DNA from: Betaproteobacteria bacterium
Lineage (GTDB): Bacteria > Pseudomonadota > Gammaproteobacteria > Burkholderiales > Usitatibacteraceae
DNA length: 61,542 nt
Reading direction: 5' to 3'
Assembly: GCA_043768625.1 (NCBI GenBank)
Contig: JAYVKG010000028.1
Location: forward strand, 1-61,542
The translations under genes were made by a program, and so were the position numbers. The notes beneath the pieces are model-generated. The model was not told where the DNA came from. It was given only the letters and a program-made list of their open reading frames with translations, and made no database searches. This document shows positions 44,866 through 53,949 of this stretch, piece after piece. Numbering within the stretch: the stretch's first letter is position 1; each line of letters opens with the position of its first letter.

Positions 44866-47751
44866 TTAAGCCGTTTTCTTTCGGCGCGCGGCGGGCTTTT
44901 TTGTAACAGTCTCGACAGCGTCTGTTATTTGGACTTCTGCGCCAGCCGCTTTTGATCTTTTTTTCGCAGCTGGTTTGAGTCCCTTGGCTGCGACCTTCGG
45001 CGCGACCGCCAACACGGTTTTTTTAGCGAGTTTTGCAGTTGTTTTCGCAACAGTCTTGGTCGCCTTCCTGATCGATTTTTTTACCGGCGCGCCAAATTTT
45101 TCGGCCAGTAATTCCACTGCCTCTTCCAGGGTAATCGAGTCGGCTTTCTCCTTCTCGGCAATGGTTGCATTGGTTTTGCCGTGTTTAACGTATGGACCGT
45201 AGCGGCCGGCATATACCGAGATCAACTGGTCATCTTCGGGATGCTTGCCCAGAATGCGCAACGCACCGGTGCTGTCTGCGGACGCGTTCCTGCCACCTTT
45301 GCCCGCTTTCGGTTCACGCGCTTCAAACTCGAAACCGATTTTGCCGTCGGGCTGACGTACCAGGAACGCGGAGAATGGGCGGCCCTTTTTAGAGATAAAC
45401 TTTTCCAGTAGCGGCGACTTGCCTGTTTCGAGCAGCTTGACCATTTCTTCGCGTGCGATGGGCCGCTTCAAAATCGTTCGTCCAGAGCGAAAATCGCACG
45501 TTTTGGCGGCGCCAAAAGATTTTTCGCAGGCATAGGAATTTGGCATTTCGTAAACATTGGATTTGCATTTTGGACAAGGGCCGACCACTTCCATGGCCGA
45601 AAAATCCGGTGGTTCCGCATCGTCCCCGGCACCATCGCCCCATGTAAATTCGATGACCATCTCTTTGTTCAAAATAAGATTCGCCGAAAATGCGCGTCCC
45701 AGCCGGCTGCGGAAACCGTCGAGCGGTCCTACGTCGCGTTTCGAAATCAGCGTTTCAGCCTCAGCCGGTTCCAGTTGGCGGCCGGCAATAATTTTCCAGA
45801 ATCCGAAGTCACAATTCATGCACTGGAATTTTTTGTAATTCTCATGCACTTCGCCGCCACATTTCGGGCACGGAACCGTGATTGCCCCAAAATCCCCCGG
45901 GATCGTATCGTGCTCGAAGTTCTTGGCCTGCCCGACAATGTGTGTGGTCATGTCGATAATTTCGGCCATGAATTTCGCACGTTTCAATTCGCCTTTTTCC
46001 ATCAGCGCCAGCTTTTTCTCCCAGTCGGCGGTAAGTTCGGGCGAATACAATTCCGGTATGCCCAGACCGTGAAGCGCAATCATCAACGAGGCCGCTTTGG
46101 CGGTGGGAATTAATTCCCGGCCTTCCCGATGCAGATATTTTTCATAAAGCAGGCCTTCGATAATCGCGGCTCGCGTCGCCGGCGTACCAAGACCTTTCTC
46201 CTTCATCGCGGCACGCAGTTCTTCGTCATCAATGGCCTTGCCGGCACCTTCCATGGCGGACAGCAGTGTGGCTTCTGAATAACGTGCGGGTGGTTTGGTG
46301 GCGTTTGCTTTCACTTCAACTGTTTCAGCTTTTACCTTTTCCCCCGACTTTACCGGCGCCAGATTAGTCGCTGCCGTTTCCTCATCAACGTCGCGACCAT
46401 AAACCGCAAGCCATCCCGCGTTCACCAGCACTTTACCTTCTGACTTGAAGGCTTCGGATTCGACTCGGGTGATGCGTGTGGTTTGCAGAAATTCGGCAGA
46501 GGGATAAAACACGGCGAGAAAACGCTTAACTACAAAATCGTACAGCTTTGCCTCGATCTCGTTTAATGATTTTGGCGCTTGTGTGGTCGGGATGATCGCG
46601 AAGTGGTCTGAAATTTTGCTGTTATCGAAGATGCGTTTGTTTGGCTTAACCCAGCCACTGTCGAGCACTTTCTTGGCCAGAACGTTGTATTGCCCATCCT
46701 TCAGAACCTGCAGCGTCTCTTTTACCGTGTCGATGTAGTCTTCGGGTAACGCCCGTGCATCGGTCCGCGGATAAGTCAACACCTTGTGTTTTTCGTACAG
46801 CGCTTGCGCGAGTCCCAATGTCGTTTTGGCAGAAAAACCAAAACGCGAATTGGCCTCACGTTGAAGTGAGGTCAGGTCAAACAGCAGCGGTGATGCCTGA
46901 GTGGTCGGCTTGGATTCTTCTTCGACGACACCAATTTTACCCAAGCACCTGGTGACAATAGCGCGGGCTTTTTTGTCGTCCCAAAGTCGCTCGGCGCGCA
47001 GATGCTCATCGTCTTCCGCTTTTTTGAATTTTTCATCAAACCACCGACCCGGATAATCGCCGGCTGCGGCGGAAAAACTGGCGTGGACTTCCCAATAATC
47101 GCGTGGGCGAAAGGCTTTGATGCGCTCTTCGCGTTCAACCATGATAGCCAGCGTAGGGGTTTGCACGCGGCCGACTGTGGTGAGCTGAAACCCGCCGGAT
47201 TTGGAGTTAAACGCCGTCATGGCGCGCGTACCATTTATGCCAACCAGCCAATCGGACTCGCTCCGGCACACTGCCGCATCGGCCAAACCCAGTTTGGCTG
47301 AATCCGGCAACAGCTGCTTGAATCCCGCGCGGATAGAGGCTGGCGTCATCGATTGAAGCCACAGGCGTCTGATTGGCTGTTTGGCGTTTGCATACTGGAC
47401 AATGTAGCGGAAGATCAATTCGCCTTCTCGGCCGGCATCGCAGGCATTAATCAACGCATCCACGTCTTTGCGCTTGAGCAGTTTTTGCAGCGCCTTCAAA
47501 CGGTCTTCGGTTCTTTCAATCGGCTTTAACTGAAAGTAAGTCGGGATCGCCGGCAGGTGTGCAAAAGTCCACTTGCCGCGTTTGACCTCCTCCTCTTCAG
47601 GCATGCCGATTTCAACCAAATGCCCCACCGCCGAGGACAGAACATACTCGTCGCTTTCAAAAAAATCTTTTTGTTTGGTAAACCCGCCCAACGCCTTGGC
47701 GATGTCGTTGGCGACGGAAGGTTTCTCGGCGATGATGAGGCATTTGCCCAT
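44866..47751 (-). CDS. topB: Type IA DNA topoisomerase, TopB (III)-like, with zinc ribbons and a Lys/Ala-rich tail
   Basis: Start re-called at the ATG at 47751 (MGKCLIIAEKPSVANDIAKALGG, Toprim). Also DAGREGE, active-site region YPRTD, C4 ribbons (CPKCGGEV..CMNC; CPKCKSNV..C..C) and a topoisomerase C-terminal repeat (GRYGPYVKHG). The last ~75 aa are KKxAAK-like. Confidence 0.88.
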   Translation of the reverse strand: MGKCLIIAEKPSVANDIAKALGGFTKQKDFFESDEYVLSSAVGHLVEIGMPEEEEVKRGKWTFAHLPAIPTYFQLKPIERTEDRLKALQKLLKRKDVDALINACDAGREGELIFRYIVQYANAKQPIRRLWLQSMTPASIRAGFKQLLPDSAKLGLADAAVCRSESDWLVGINGTRAMTAFNSKSGGFQLTTVGRVQTPTLAIMVEREERIKAFRPRDYWEVHASFSAAAGDYPGRWFDEKFKKAEDDEHLRAERLWDDKKARAIVTRCLGKIGVVEEESKPTTQASPLLFDLTSLQREANSRFGFSAKTTLGLAQALYEKHKVLTYPRTDARALPEDYIDTVKETLQVLKDGQYNVLAKKVLDSGWVKPNKRIFDNSKISDHFAIIPTTQAPKSLNEIEAKLYDFVVKRFLAVFYPSAEFLQTTRITRVESEAFKSEGKVLVNAGWLAVYGRDVDEETAATNLAPVKSGEKVKAETVEVKANATKPPARYSEATLLSAMEGAGKAIDDEELRAAMKEKGLGTPATRAAIIEGLLYEKYLHREGRELIPTAKAASLMIALHGLGIPELYSPELTADWEKKLALMEKGELKRAKFMAEIIDMTTHIVGQAKNFEHDTIPGDFGAITVPCPKCGGEVHENYKKFQCMNCDFGFWKIIAGRQLEPAEAETLISKRDVGPLDGFRSRLGRAFSANLILNKEMVIEFTWGDGAGDDAEPPDFSAMEVVGPCPKCKSNVYEMPNSYACEKSFGAAKTCDFRSGRTILKRPIAREEMVKLLETGKSPLLEKFISKKGRPFSAFLVRQPDGKIGFEFEAREPKAGKGGRNASADSTGALRILGKHPEDDQLISVYAGRYGPYVKHGKTNATIAEKEKADSITLEEAVELLAEKFGAPVKKSIRKATKTVAKTTAKLAKKTVLAVAPKVAAKGLKPAAKKRSKAAGAEVQITDAVETVTKKPAARRKKTA

Positions 47752-47926
47752 GAATTTCGGTGCTTTTCTGGTGTATTTGGTGAATGGTTTGCCGACCTGA
47801 AAACCAGCAAAAGGGGTCAAATGATAGACAGGGTTGACGCTTTATCGCAAGCGCCACGTCAAAACCTGGGCGGAAAATATTTGACTAACGCGCCGCGCCG
47901 CCAACTTTATTACCTTGGGCTTTCGA

Positions 47927-49024
47927 TCAACGCAGTCGCTGATAGTTTCCGCCAGGCATTGAGGCAATTGCACCCTCAAGTTCTAATTCAGTGAGGCGGG
48001 CAATGAGTTTGTCGGTGGGCAGCGCTAGCCGTTCCAACAACGTGTCAACCGAAACCGGGTCGTATCCCATGCCCTGCAGCAATGGATCTTGATTCGCATC
48101 GTCAGCATTGGCCAGAGTGGCATTGTTGGCAGGCTGGCTGCTGCCCCAGTGAAATTCAATCAGGATGTCGTTGGCCTCGTCGACCAACTTAGCACCTTGC
48201 TTGATGAGCTGGTGGCAGCCCTTTGAAAACGGCGAATGAATCGAGCCTGGAATGGCGAACACTTCGCGACCCTGTTCGCCCGCTAGCCGCGCGGTGATGA
48301 GCGAGCCAGACGCAAGTGCCGCTTCGACCACCAGTACACCGCGCGAGAGGCCGCTGATGATGCGATTGCGACGCGGAAAATTTTTCGCCAATGCCGGCGT
48401 GCCCAGCGCGAACTCTGAGATGATCAGGCCGGTTTCAGCGAGATCGTGCGCCAGCGCTTTGTTGCGCGCAGGGTAAATCAGGTCCAAGCCGGTGCCGACG
48501 ACCGCAATTGAGCTGCCGATGCCGGATAGTCCGCCGCGGTGCGCTGCCGCGTCAATTCCCAGAGCCATGCCGGAAATGATGGTAAACCCAGCTTCGGAAA
48601 GACTACTTGCGAATGCTTCGGCATTTTTAAGCCCGGAAGGTGTGGCATTGCGGCTGCCAACCACCGCCAGGGCTGGCCGACCCAGTAATTCACGCCGGCC
48701 TTTCAAAAATAACACCGGAGGCGGGTCGGCGATCTCCAGCAATTGAGGCGGATAGTCGCCGTCGGCAAGAGTAAGTAAGTGGTTGCTTTCGCCTTCGAGC
48801 CATTGAAGGCAGGCTTCCAAGGTTTCGGTGGCAGCGCCGGTGGCGATAGCGCGCGCCACGGCTGGCGACACGCTCTGGCTTAATGTGCTGACTGATTGGG
48901 CTAACACTGCGGACGGCGCGCCGAAACGCGTCAGCAATTTACGCACCCCCTCGCCACCCAGGCCCGGAATCAGTTCCAGTGCGAGCCAAGACCGTGGCTC
49001 CGCGCCGGAAAACGGAATGGGCAT
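47927..49024 (-). CDS. dprA: DNA-processing protein DprA (Smf)
   Basis: 365 aa. Rossmann-like DprA core (VVGSRNATP.G.., SGMALGIDAAAHRG, FPRRNRIISGLS). Confidence 0.93.
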   Translation of the reverse strand: MPIPFSGAEPRSWLALELIPGLGGEGVRKLLTRFGAPSAVLAQSVSTLSQSVSPAVARAIATGAATETLEACLQWLEGESNHLLTLADGDYPPQLLEIADPPPVLFLKGRRELLGRPALAVVGSRNATPSGLKNAEAFASSLSEAGFTIISGMALGIDAAAHRGGLSGIGSSIAVVGTGLDLIYPARNKALAHDLAETGLIISEFALGTPALAKNFPRRNRIISGLSRGVLVVEAALASGSLITARLAGEQGREVFAIPGSIHSPFSKGCHQLIKQGAKLVDEANDILIEFHWGSSQPANNATLANADDANQDPLLQGMGYDPVSVDTLLERLALPTDKLIARLTELELEGAIASMPGGNYQRLR

Positions 49025-49046
49025 TGCGTCTTCGCTTGCGGGTGGA

Positions 49047-50228
49047 CTAGGGAGTTTGAACCAAGTCGCCGAGCTCTACGGGCCGACGAGTTGACATCAC
49101 TAGTGCGTATGAGACTTTTTCGAAGACGCGAAACACAAATACGAGACCGTTGCGTTCGTCGGGCAATTTGACGGTGCTGCCGGACGGGGTATGCTCTTCG
49201 GGTGTCGAGGACGGCAACTGGGTCGCCTGACCCAGCGGGTCGCTGGTACTGACCGTGGCACCCTTGCGCAGGGTCGCCAGCACATGGCCAACTTCCATGC
49301 CATCGCGCTTGCCCAAATCGATCGCGACTACGGAATACTGCGCACCAGTATCCACGCCGTTGAGCACTGAGATAATCACCCCGGAAACTTCTTTATTGGG
49401 CGAATGGGGGCTGTACGAGGGTACCGCTGTATCTGCCGTTGGTGTGAGGCGGTCGCCACGATTAATTTCCTGGGTCGATCGCAATATTTCAATAGTAGAG
49501 CTTTCACCAAAGCGCACCACTTTGGCGTCACCCAGATAATTTGCCTCGTAACCGAGTACTTCGCCCGCCCCATTTTTGAGGACTTTCCCGGGCCGGTAAA
49601 TTTGCCATTTGGAGCCGGCGCTCTGCTGCAGGCCGAGCGCATAAGCAGTGTTGCCAGCACCGATGACAACACGATTATCCTCAGTTGCGATTATTCTCGG
49701 CGCATTTGCCAGCGCGCCTTCCTCAATGACCAGCGGCAATGACAAAAATGGCGCGATGACTTTGGAGGGAATTGACGGAACCGCCTGCGCGAGTACATCC
49801 GCCCTCGCGCGTGGCTGCAAGCGTGTGTAACCGTCGCTGAAGGTGCCGTCCGACACCAGCGAAAGCGACGGACTACCATTAATGTCAAAGGACAATTTGA
49901 CCACGTCACCTGGATAAATCCAATGAGGATTTTTGATCTGCTCACGATTCATGTTCCAGATTTCGGGCCAGCGCCACGGCTCTTTCAGGAATCGTCCCGA
50001 AATATCCCATAGTGTGTCGCCCTTAACGACCACGTAGCTAGCAGGCGCGTCTGCCGCAAGCTGGATGGGCGCAGTGGCTTTCGCAATGCGTGTTTTTTTG
50101 GCTTTTTGGTCGTTATTAGTGACGCTTGCCTCGTCTTTTGCACCGGGATTGGCCTGACTCCAACTAATTTGGGGAACAAAGTTGGCCAAACAGAGCACAA
50201 AGAGGAATGTGAGCTTGCTTTTTTTCAT
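49047..50228 (-). CDS. LysM-domain peptidoglycan-binding protein
   Basis: Start re-called at the ATG at 50228 (signal peptide MKKSKLTFLFVLCLA..). LysM motif YVVVKGDTLWDISGRFL..PW.WPEIW. Confidence 0.85.
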   Translation of the reverse strand: MKKSKLTFLFVLCLANFVPQISWSQANPGAKDEASVTNNDQKAKKTRIAKATAPIQLAADAPASYVVVKGDTLWDISGRFLKEPWRWPEIWNMNREQIKNPHWIYPGDVVKLSFDINGSPSLSLVSDGTFSDGYTRLQPRARADVLAQAVPSIPSKVIAPFLSLPLVIEEGALANAPRIIATEDNRVVIGAGNTAYALGLQQSAGSKWQIYRPGKVLKNGAGEVLGYEANYLGDAKVVRFGESSTIEILRSTQEINRGDRLTPTADTAVPSYSPHSPNKEVSGVIISVLNGVDTGAQYSVVAIDLGKRDGMEVGHVLATLRKGATVSTSDPLGQATQLPSSTPEEHTPSGSTVKLPDERNGLVFVFRVFEKVSYALVMSTRRPVELGDLVQTP

Positions 50229-50408
50229 GGCGGATCTCACTTTTGTAGGGACAAACCGGCTAACACGACAGGCACCACAGCCCATGTCTTAACAAGCAAA
50301 TTTGCCATATGCGGCAACTTCTACTAGACTTGTAAGTCAATACAGCGCCGCAAACTTAAAGTTATTCCTCAAGATTCTGCACCTAATTTATTCAATTCGC
50401 AAGCAATT

Positions 50409-50966
50409 ATGGCCATTTTGGACGTTGTAACCTACCCCGATCCGCAACTGACTCGCATCGCTGAGCCAGTCAAGATTATCGACAACAAAATCAAGAAGTT
50501 GGTCGATGATATGGCGGAAACCATGTACGACGCGCCCGGTGTTGGCTTGGCAGCGACGCAAGTCGGCGAATTGAAGCGCGTCATGGTGATTGATGTATCC
50601 GAGGAAAAGAATCAACTCCGGGTTTTCATCAACCCCGAAATCATCAAAAAAGAAGGCACTGCCGTAAACGAAGAGGGATGTTTGTCGGTGCCCGGCTTTT
50701 ACGACAAGGTGGAGCGTGCGGAAACCGTCATGGTTACCGCGCTGGACCGCGACGGTCAACGATTCACGATTAACGCCTCCGGCTTGCTTGCCGTCTGCAT
50801 TCAACATGAAATTGACCATCTGGACGGGCATGTATTCGTTGAGTACCTTTCGCCCCTGAAGGCAAATCGCATCAAAAACAAGCTGATCAAGCGCCAGCGT
50901 GAACTTGAACGAGATGCCGATATGGAGGCTCCGCGTCGGCGCATTTCGGTCTCTGCGCGCGCCTAA
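50409..50966 (+). CDS. def: Peptide deformylase
   Basis: [18 protein letters not shown] and QHEIDHLDG motifs. Confidence 0.95.
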   Translation: MAILDVVTYPDPQLTRIAEPVKIIDNKIKKLVDDMAETMYDAPGVGLAATQVGELKRVMVIDVSEEKNQLRVFINPEIIKKEGTAVNEEGCLSVPGFYDKVERAETVMVTALDRDGQRFTINASGLLAVCIQHEIDHLDGHVFVEYLSPLKANRIKNKLIKRQRELERDADMEAPRRRISVSARA

Positions 50967-50984
50967 ATTTAGGCATGTCAAACC

Positions 50985-51019
50985 AATAGAAACGCCGGCA
51001 TGAGACCGGCGTTTCTATT
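50985..51019 (+). other. Perfect 14-bp hairpin in the def-fmt intergenic spacer
   Basis: aatagaaacgccgg - catgaga - ccggcgtttctatt. It starts 19 nt after the def stop and ends 18 nt before the fmt ATG. Only a short, interrupted T-tract follows. Confidence 0.6.
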
Positions 51020-51036
51020 TGGCGGATTGCAACACC

Positions 51037-51966
51037 ATGAAAATTATTTTTGCAGGTACGCCCCCGTTTGCTGCCGCAGCGCTTGCCGCTCTGCACGCTG
51101 CAGGCCATCAAATCGTGCTCGTGCTAACGCAACCTGACCGCCCTGCCGGACGCGGGCTTAAAATTCGTCCAAGCGCAGTGGCGGAACAAGCGGCGCGCCT
51201 TGGGTTGACACTCGCCAAGCCAGCGACGCTTAGCGCCGAAGCTATTCAGACCACATTGCGCAAGCTCGCTCCCGATGCGATCATCGTCGCCGCATACGGC
51301 CTGATGCTACCGCAGTCGATACTGGACATTCCAAAATTTGGTTGCATCAATATTCATGGCTCGGTGCTACCTGCTTGGCGGGGGGCGGCACCCGTGCAGC
51401 GGGCAATTGAAGCCGGCAACACTGAAACCGGCATTACCATCATGCAAATGGATGCCGGACTCGACACTGGTCCGGTCCTGCTGATAAAAACATGCTCCAT
51501 CGCATCTGACGAAACGAGCGGCACGTTGTTTGCAAAATTGACCGCTTTGGCGACCACCACTATCGTTGATGCCATCGAGAAACTGACCACTTTACAAGCG
51601 GCAGCACAACCGACTGCGGGCGTCACCTACGCCCGAAAAATCACTAAAGCAGAAGCGCATGTCGACTGGTATCAACCGGCTGTCGTCATTGAGAGACGGC
51701 TACGTGCATTTGATCCGGCGCCTGGTTGCGAGAGCATGTTTGCCGGCGAGTCGCTCAAAATCTGGCGTGGCGCGGTAAATTCTGAGACCGCCGATCCGGC
51801 AAAAACGCCGGGAACCATTATCGCGGTAACTGACGGCCGTCTTACCGTCCAGTGCGCGCAGGACGCACTAGACCTTGTCACTGTGCAAAAATCCGGCGGA
51901 AAACGCATGGCCATTGCAGATTTGCTTTGCGGCTTAACAATACAACTTGGATGGCGCTTGACATGA
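51037..51966 (+). CDS. fmt: Methionyl-tRNA formyltransferase
   Basis: MKIIFAGTPPFA.., HGSVLPAWRGAAPVQRAI motifs. The track ORF starts at an upstream TTG. Confidence 0.95.
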   Translation: MKIIFAGTPPFAAAALAALHAAGHQIVLVLTQPDRPAGRGLKIRPSAVAEQAARLGLTLAKPATLSAEAIQTTLRKLAPDAIIVAAYGLMLPQSILDIPKFGCINIHGSVLPAWRGAAPVQRAIEAGNTETGITIMQMDAGLDTGPVLLIKTCSIASDETSGTLFAKLTALATTTIVDAIEKLTTLQAAAQPTAGVTYARKITKAEAHVDWYQPAVVIERRLRAFDPAPGCESMFAGESLKIWRGAVNSETADPAKTPGTIIAVTDGRLTVQCAQDALDLVTVQKSGGKRMAIADLLCGLTIQLGWRLT

Positions 51967-53327
51967 TTACACCTCCCATAGTCCAGCCTAGCGGCATGAT
52001 TGCAGTACAGGCTGCAAGCGCCGATGTAGTTGGCAAGGTGCTTTCGGGCAAGAATCTTGATCGCGTACTCGAAGCCGTACTGGTCAAACTGGCGCAAACC
52101 ACCAAGCTCAGCCCAAACGAACGCGCTGCGATCCACTCCATTGCTTTCGATACTTTGCGACATTACGGTTTGCTTGCGGCCCAGCTGGATTTGCTGCTAT
52201 CGCAACCGATCAACGATCCGCCGGTCAGACACTTACTGCTGATTGCGCTCTCGCAGCTGCAGTTTTCCAATGCGGCAGCACACGCCATTGTTGACCACGC
52301 GGTGTCCGCTGCAGAGGTCATCGGTTTCGGTCGTGCCAAACCATTAATCAACGCGGTGCTTAGAAATTACCTGCGGGCACCGGAAAAATTCGCCCGCGAG
52401 CGTTTGACTTCGCTACAAGCGCAATATGATTTTCCGCCCTGGTGGATCGAGCGTGTGAGCAAAGAATATCCGGCGCATTGGCAGTCAGTGCTGCTGTCGG
52501 CACGACTGCATCCGCCCATGTGTCTCAGAGTGAATGCAAAGCGCACCACGCCCGCGGAATACGTCGCCTTGCTGGCAAAACACGGACTGGCCGGGCTGCA
52601 CGTTTACGGCCAAGCAGTGATGCTGGAAAAACCCATTGGCGTAAATCAACTACCTGGATTTCGTGAAGGGCTGGTGTCGGTGCAAGACGCCGGTGCGCAG
52701 ATCGCTGCGGCACTGCTTTGCCCGGTTGCAGGCACAAATGTCCTTGATGCGTGTGCGGCGCCTGGCGGCAAAACCGGGCACCTTCTGGAAGCAGCGGGCG
52801 CGCAATCGCAACTAAAGCTTCTGGCAATCGATAGCGACAGCCGGCGACTTTCACGCGTCAGTGACAACCTTGCCCGGCTGGGGCTTCACGCCGATCTGAA
52901 AACGGCGGACGCAGCAAAGCCAGATGAATGGTGGGACGGTGTTCCGTTTGATCGAATATTGCTCGATGTTCCCTGCTCCGGATCGGGTGTCGTACGACGC
53001 CATCCAGATATCAAGTGGATACGGCGTGAAACCGATATCTTCGCACTTGCGAGGCAGCAGGCCAGGCTACTGACGGTGTTATGGAATTGCCTGAGTATTG
53101 GTGGTAGATTGCTATACGCGACTTGCTCTATCTTTCGCGCCGAAAATCAGGACATCATTGAGCAATTCCGGCGAAAAACACCCAACGCTCGCCAATTGAA
53201 TTTCGCGCAAACGACGCCGGCTGGCGTGAGCGACTTAGGCGCAATTGCAGAACTTGCGGACGGCCAACTTCTCCCTAACGATGTTCACGACGGTTTTTTT
53301 TACGCCCTTCTGGAGAAGACTTCCTGA
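51951..53327 (+). CDS. rsmB: 16S rRNA (cytosine967-C5)-methyltransferase RsmB
   Basis: NusB-like N-terminus, SAM site DACAAPGGKT, and catalytic Cys motifs DVPCSGSGVVRRHPDIKW and YATCS. Start is either the ATG at 51951 or the ATG at 51963 (ATGA overlap with the fmt stop). Confidence 0.9.
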   Translation: MALDMITPPIVQPSGMIAVQAASADVVGKVLSGKNLDRVLEAVLVKLAQTTKLSPNERAAIHSIAFDTLRHYGLLAAQLDLLLSQPINDPPVRHLLLIALSQLQFSNAAAHAIVDHAVSAAEVIGFGRAKPLINAVLRNYLRAPEKFARERLTSLQAQYDFPPWWIERVSKEYPAHWQSVLLSARLHPPMCLRVNAKRTTPAEYVALLAKHGLAGLHVYGQAVMLEKPIGVNQLPGFREGLVSVQDAGAQIAAALLCPVAGTNVLDACAAPGGKTGHLLEAAGAQSQLKLLAIDSDSRRLSRVSDNLARLGLHADLKTADAAKPDEWWDGVPFDRILLDVPCSGSGVVRRHPDIKWIRRETDIFALARQQARLLTVLWNCLSIGGRLLYATCSIFRAENQDIIEQFRRKTPNARQLNFAQTTPAGVSDLGAIAELADGQLLPNDVHDGFFYALLEKTS

Positions 53328-53331
53328 TCCT

Positions 53332-53949
53332 GTGCGATTGATTGCATTGCCTTCACGAACTGAAATTTCACGCATATGCGTGCAGTGGGCGTGTGTCCCG
53401 ATCTTGTCGGTATTCTGCTGCACTTTGTTGCCCACTACGGCCTATGCAGAAGGAGCGACCATCACCGGCGCAAAGCTGGAAGCCTTCGAAGACGGCTATC
53501 AGGTCGATGCCGACATTCAATTGGAGCTTACTGCCGCCTTGCAGGAAGCCGTGCGCAAAGGGGTTCCGCTTTATTTTATTGTTGAATTCGAGCTGAGCCG
53601 CAGTCGCTGGTACTGGCTCGATCAGACAGTCGCGTCGGCCTCCCGTGAGCGGCGCATTTCTTATGCGCCGCTGACCGATCAGTACCGTATTTCATATTCC
53701 GGCATCTCGCAAAACGTCGCGTCGTTTGAAGATGTCCGACGCGCACTTTCGCGTGTTCGATCGTGGCAGGTTCTCGAACGAGGCGGCCTAAGGGCGGGCG
53801 AAAAATATGACGCGGCACTGCGCTTTCGACTAGATACCTCTCAGCTCCCAAAACCTTTTCAGCTCAACGTAATCGCCTCCAAAGAATGGAGTCTGTCGTC
53901 GGATTGGTATCGTTGGACTATTAGCGCGCCGGGAGAATACAAGCCATGA
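53332..53949 (+). CDS. DUF4390-like periplasmic protein
   Basis: Conserved slot between rsmB and ntrY. Signal-like N-terminus ending TTAYA. Start uncertain: I chose the GTG at 53332, just after the rsmB stop, while the track ORF begins at 53245 inside rsmB. ATGA overlap with ntrY. Confidence 0.65.
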   Translation: MRLIALPSRTEISRICVQWACVPILSVFCCTLLPTTAYAEGATITGAKLEAFEDGYQVDADIQLELTAALQEAVRKGVPLYFIVEFELSRSRWYWLDQTVASASRERRISYAPLTDQYRISYSGISQNVASFEDVRRALSRVRSWQVLERGGLRAGEKYDAALRFRLDTSQLPKPFQLNVIASKEWSLSSDWYRWTISAPGEYKP

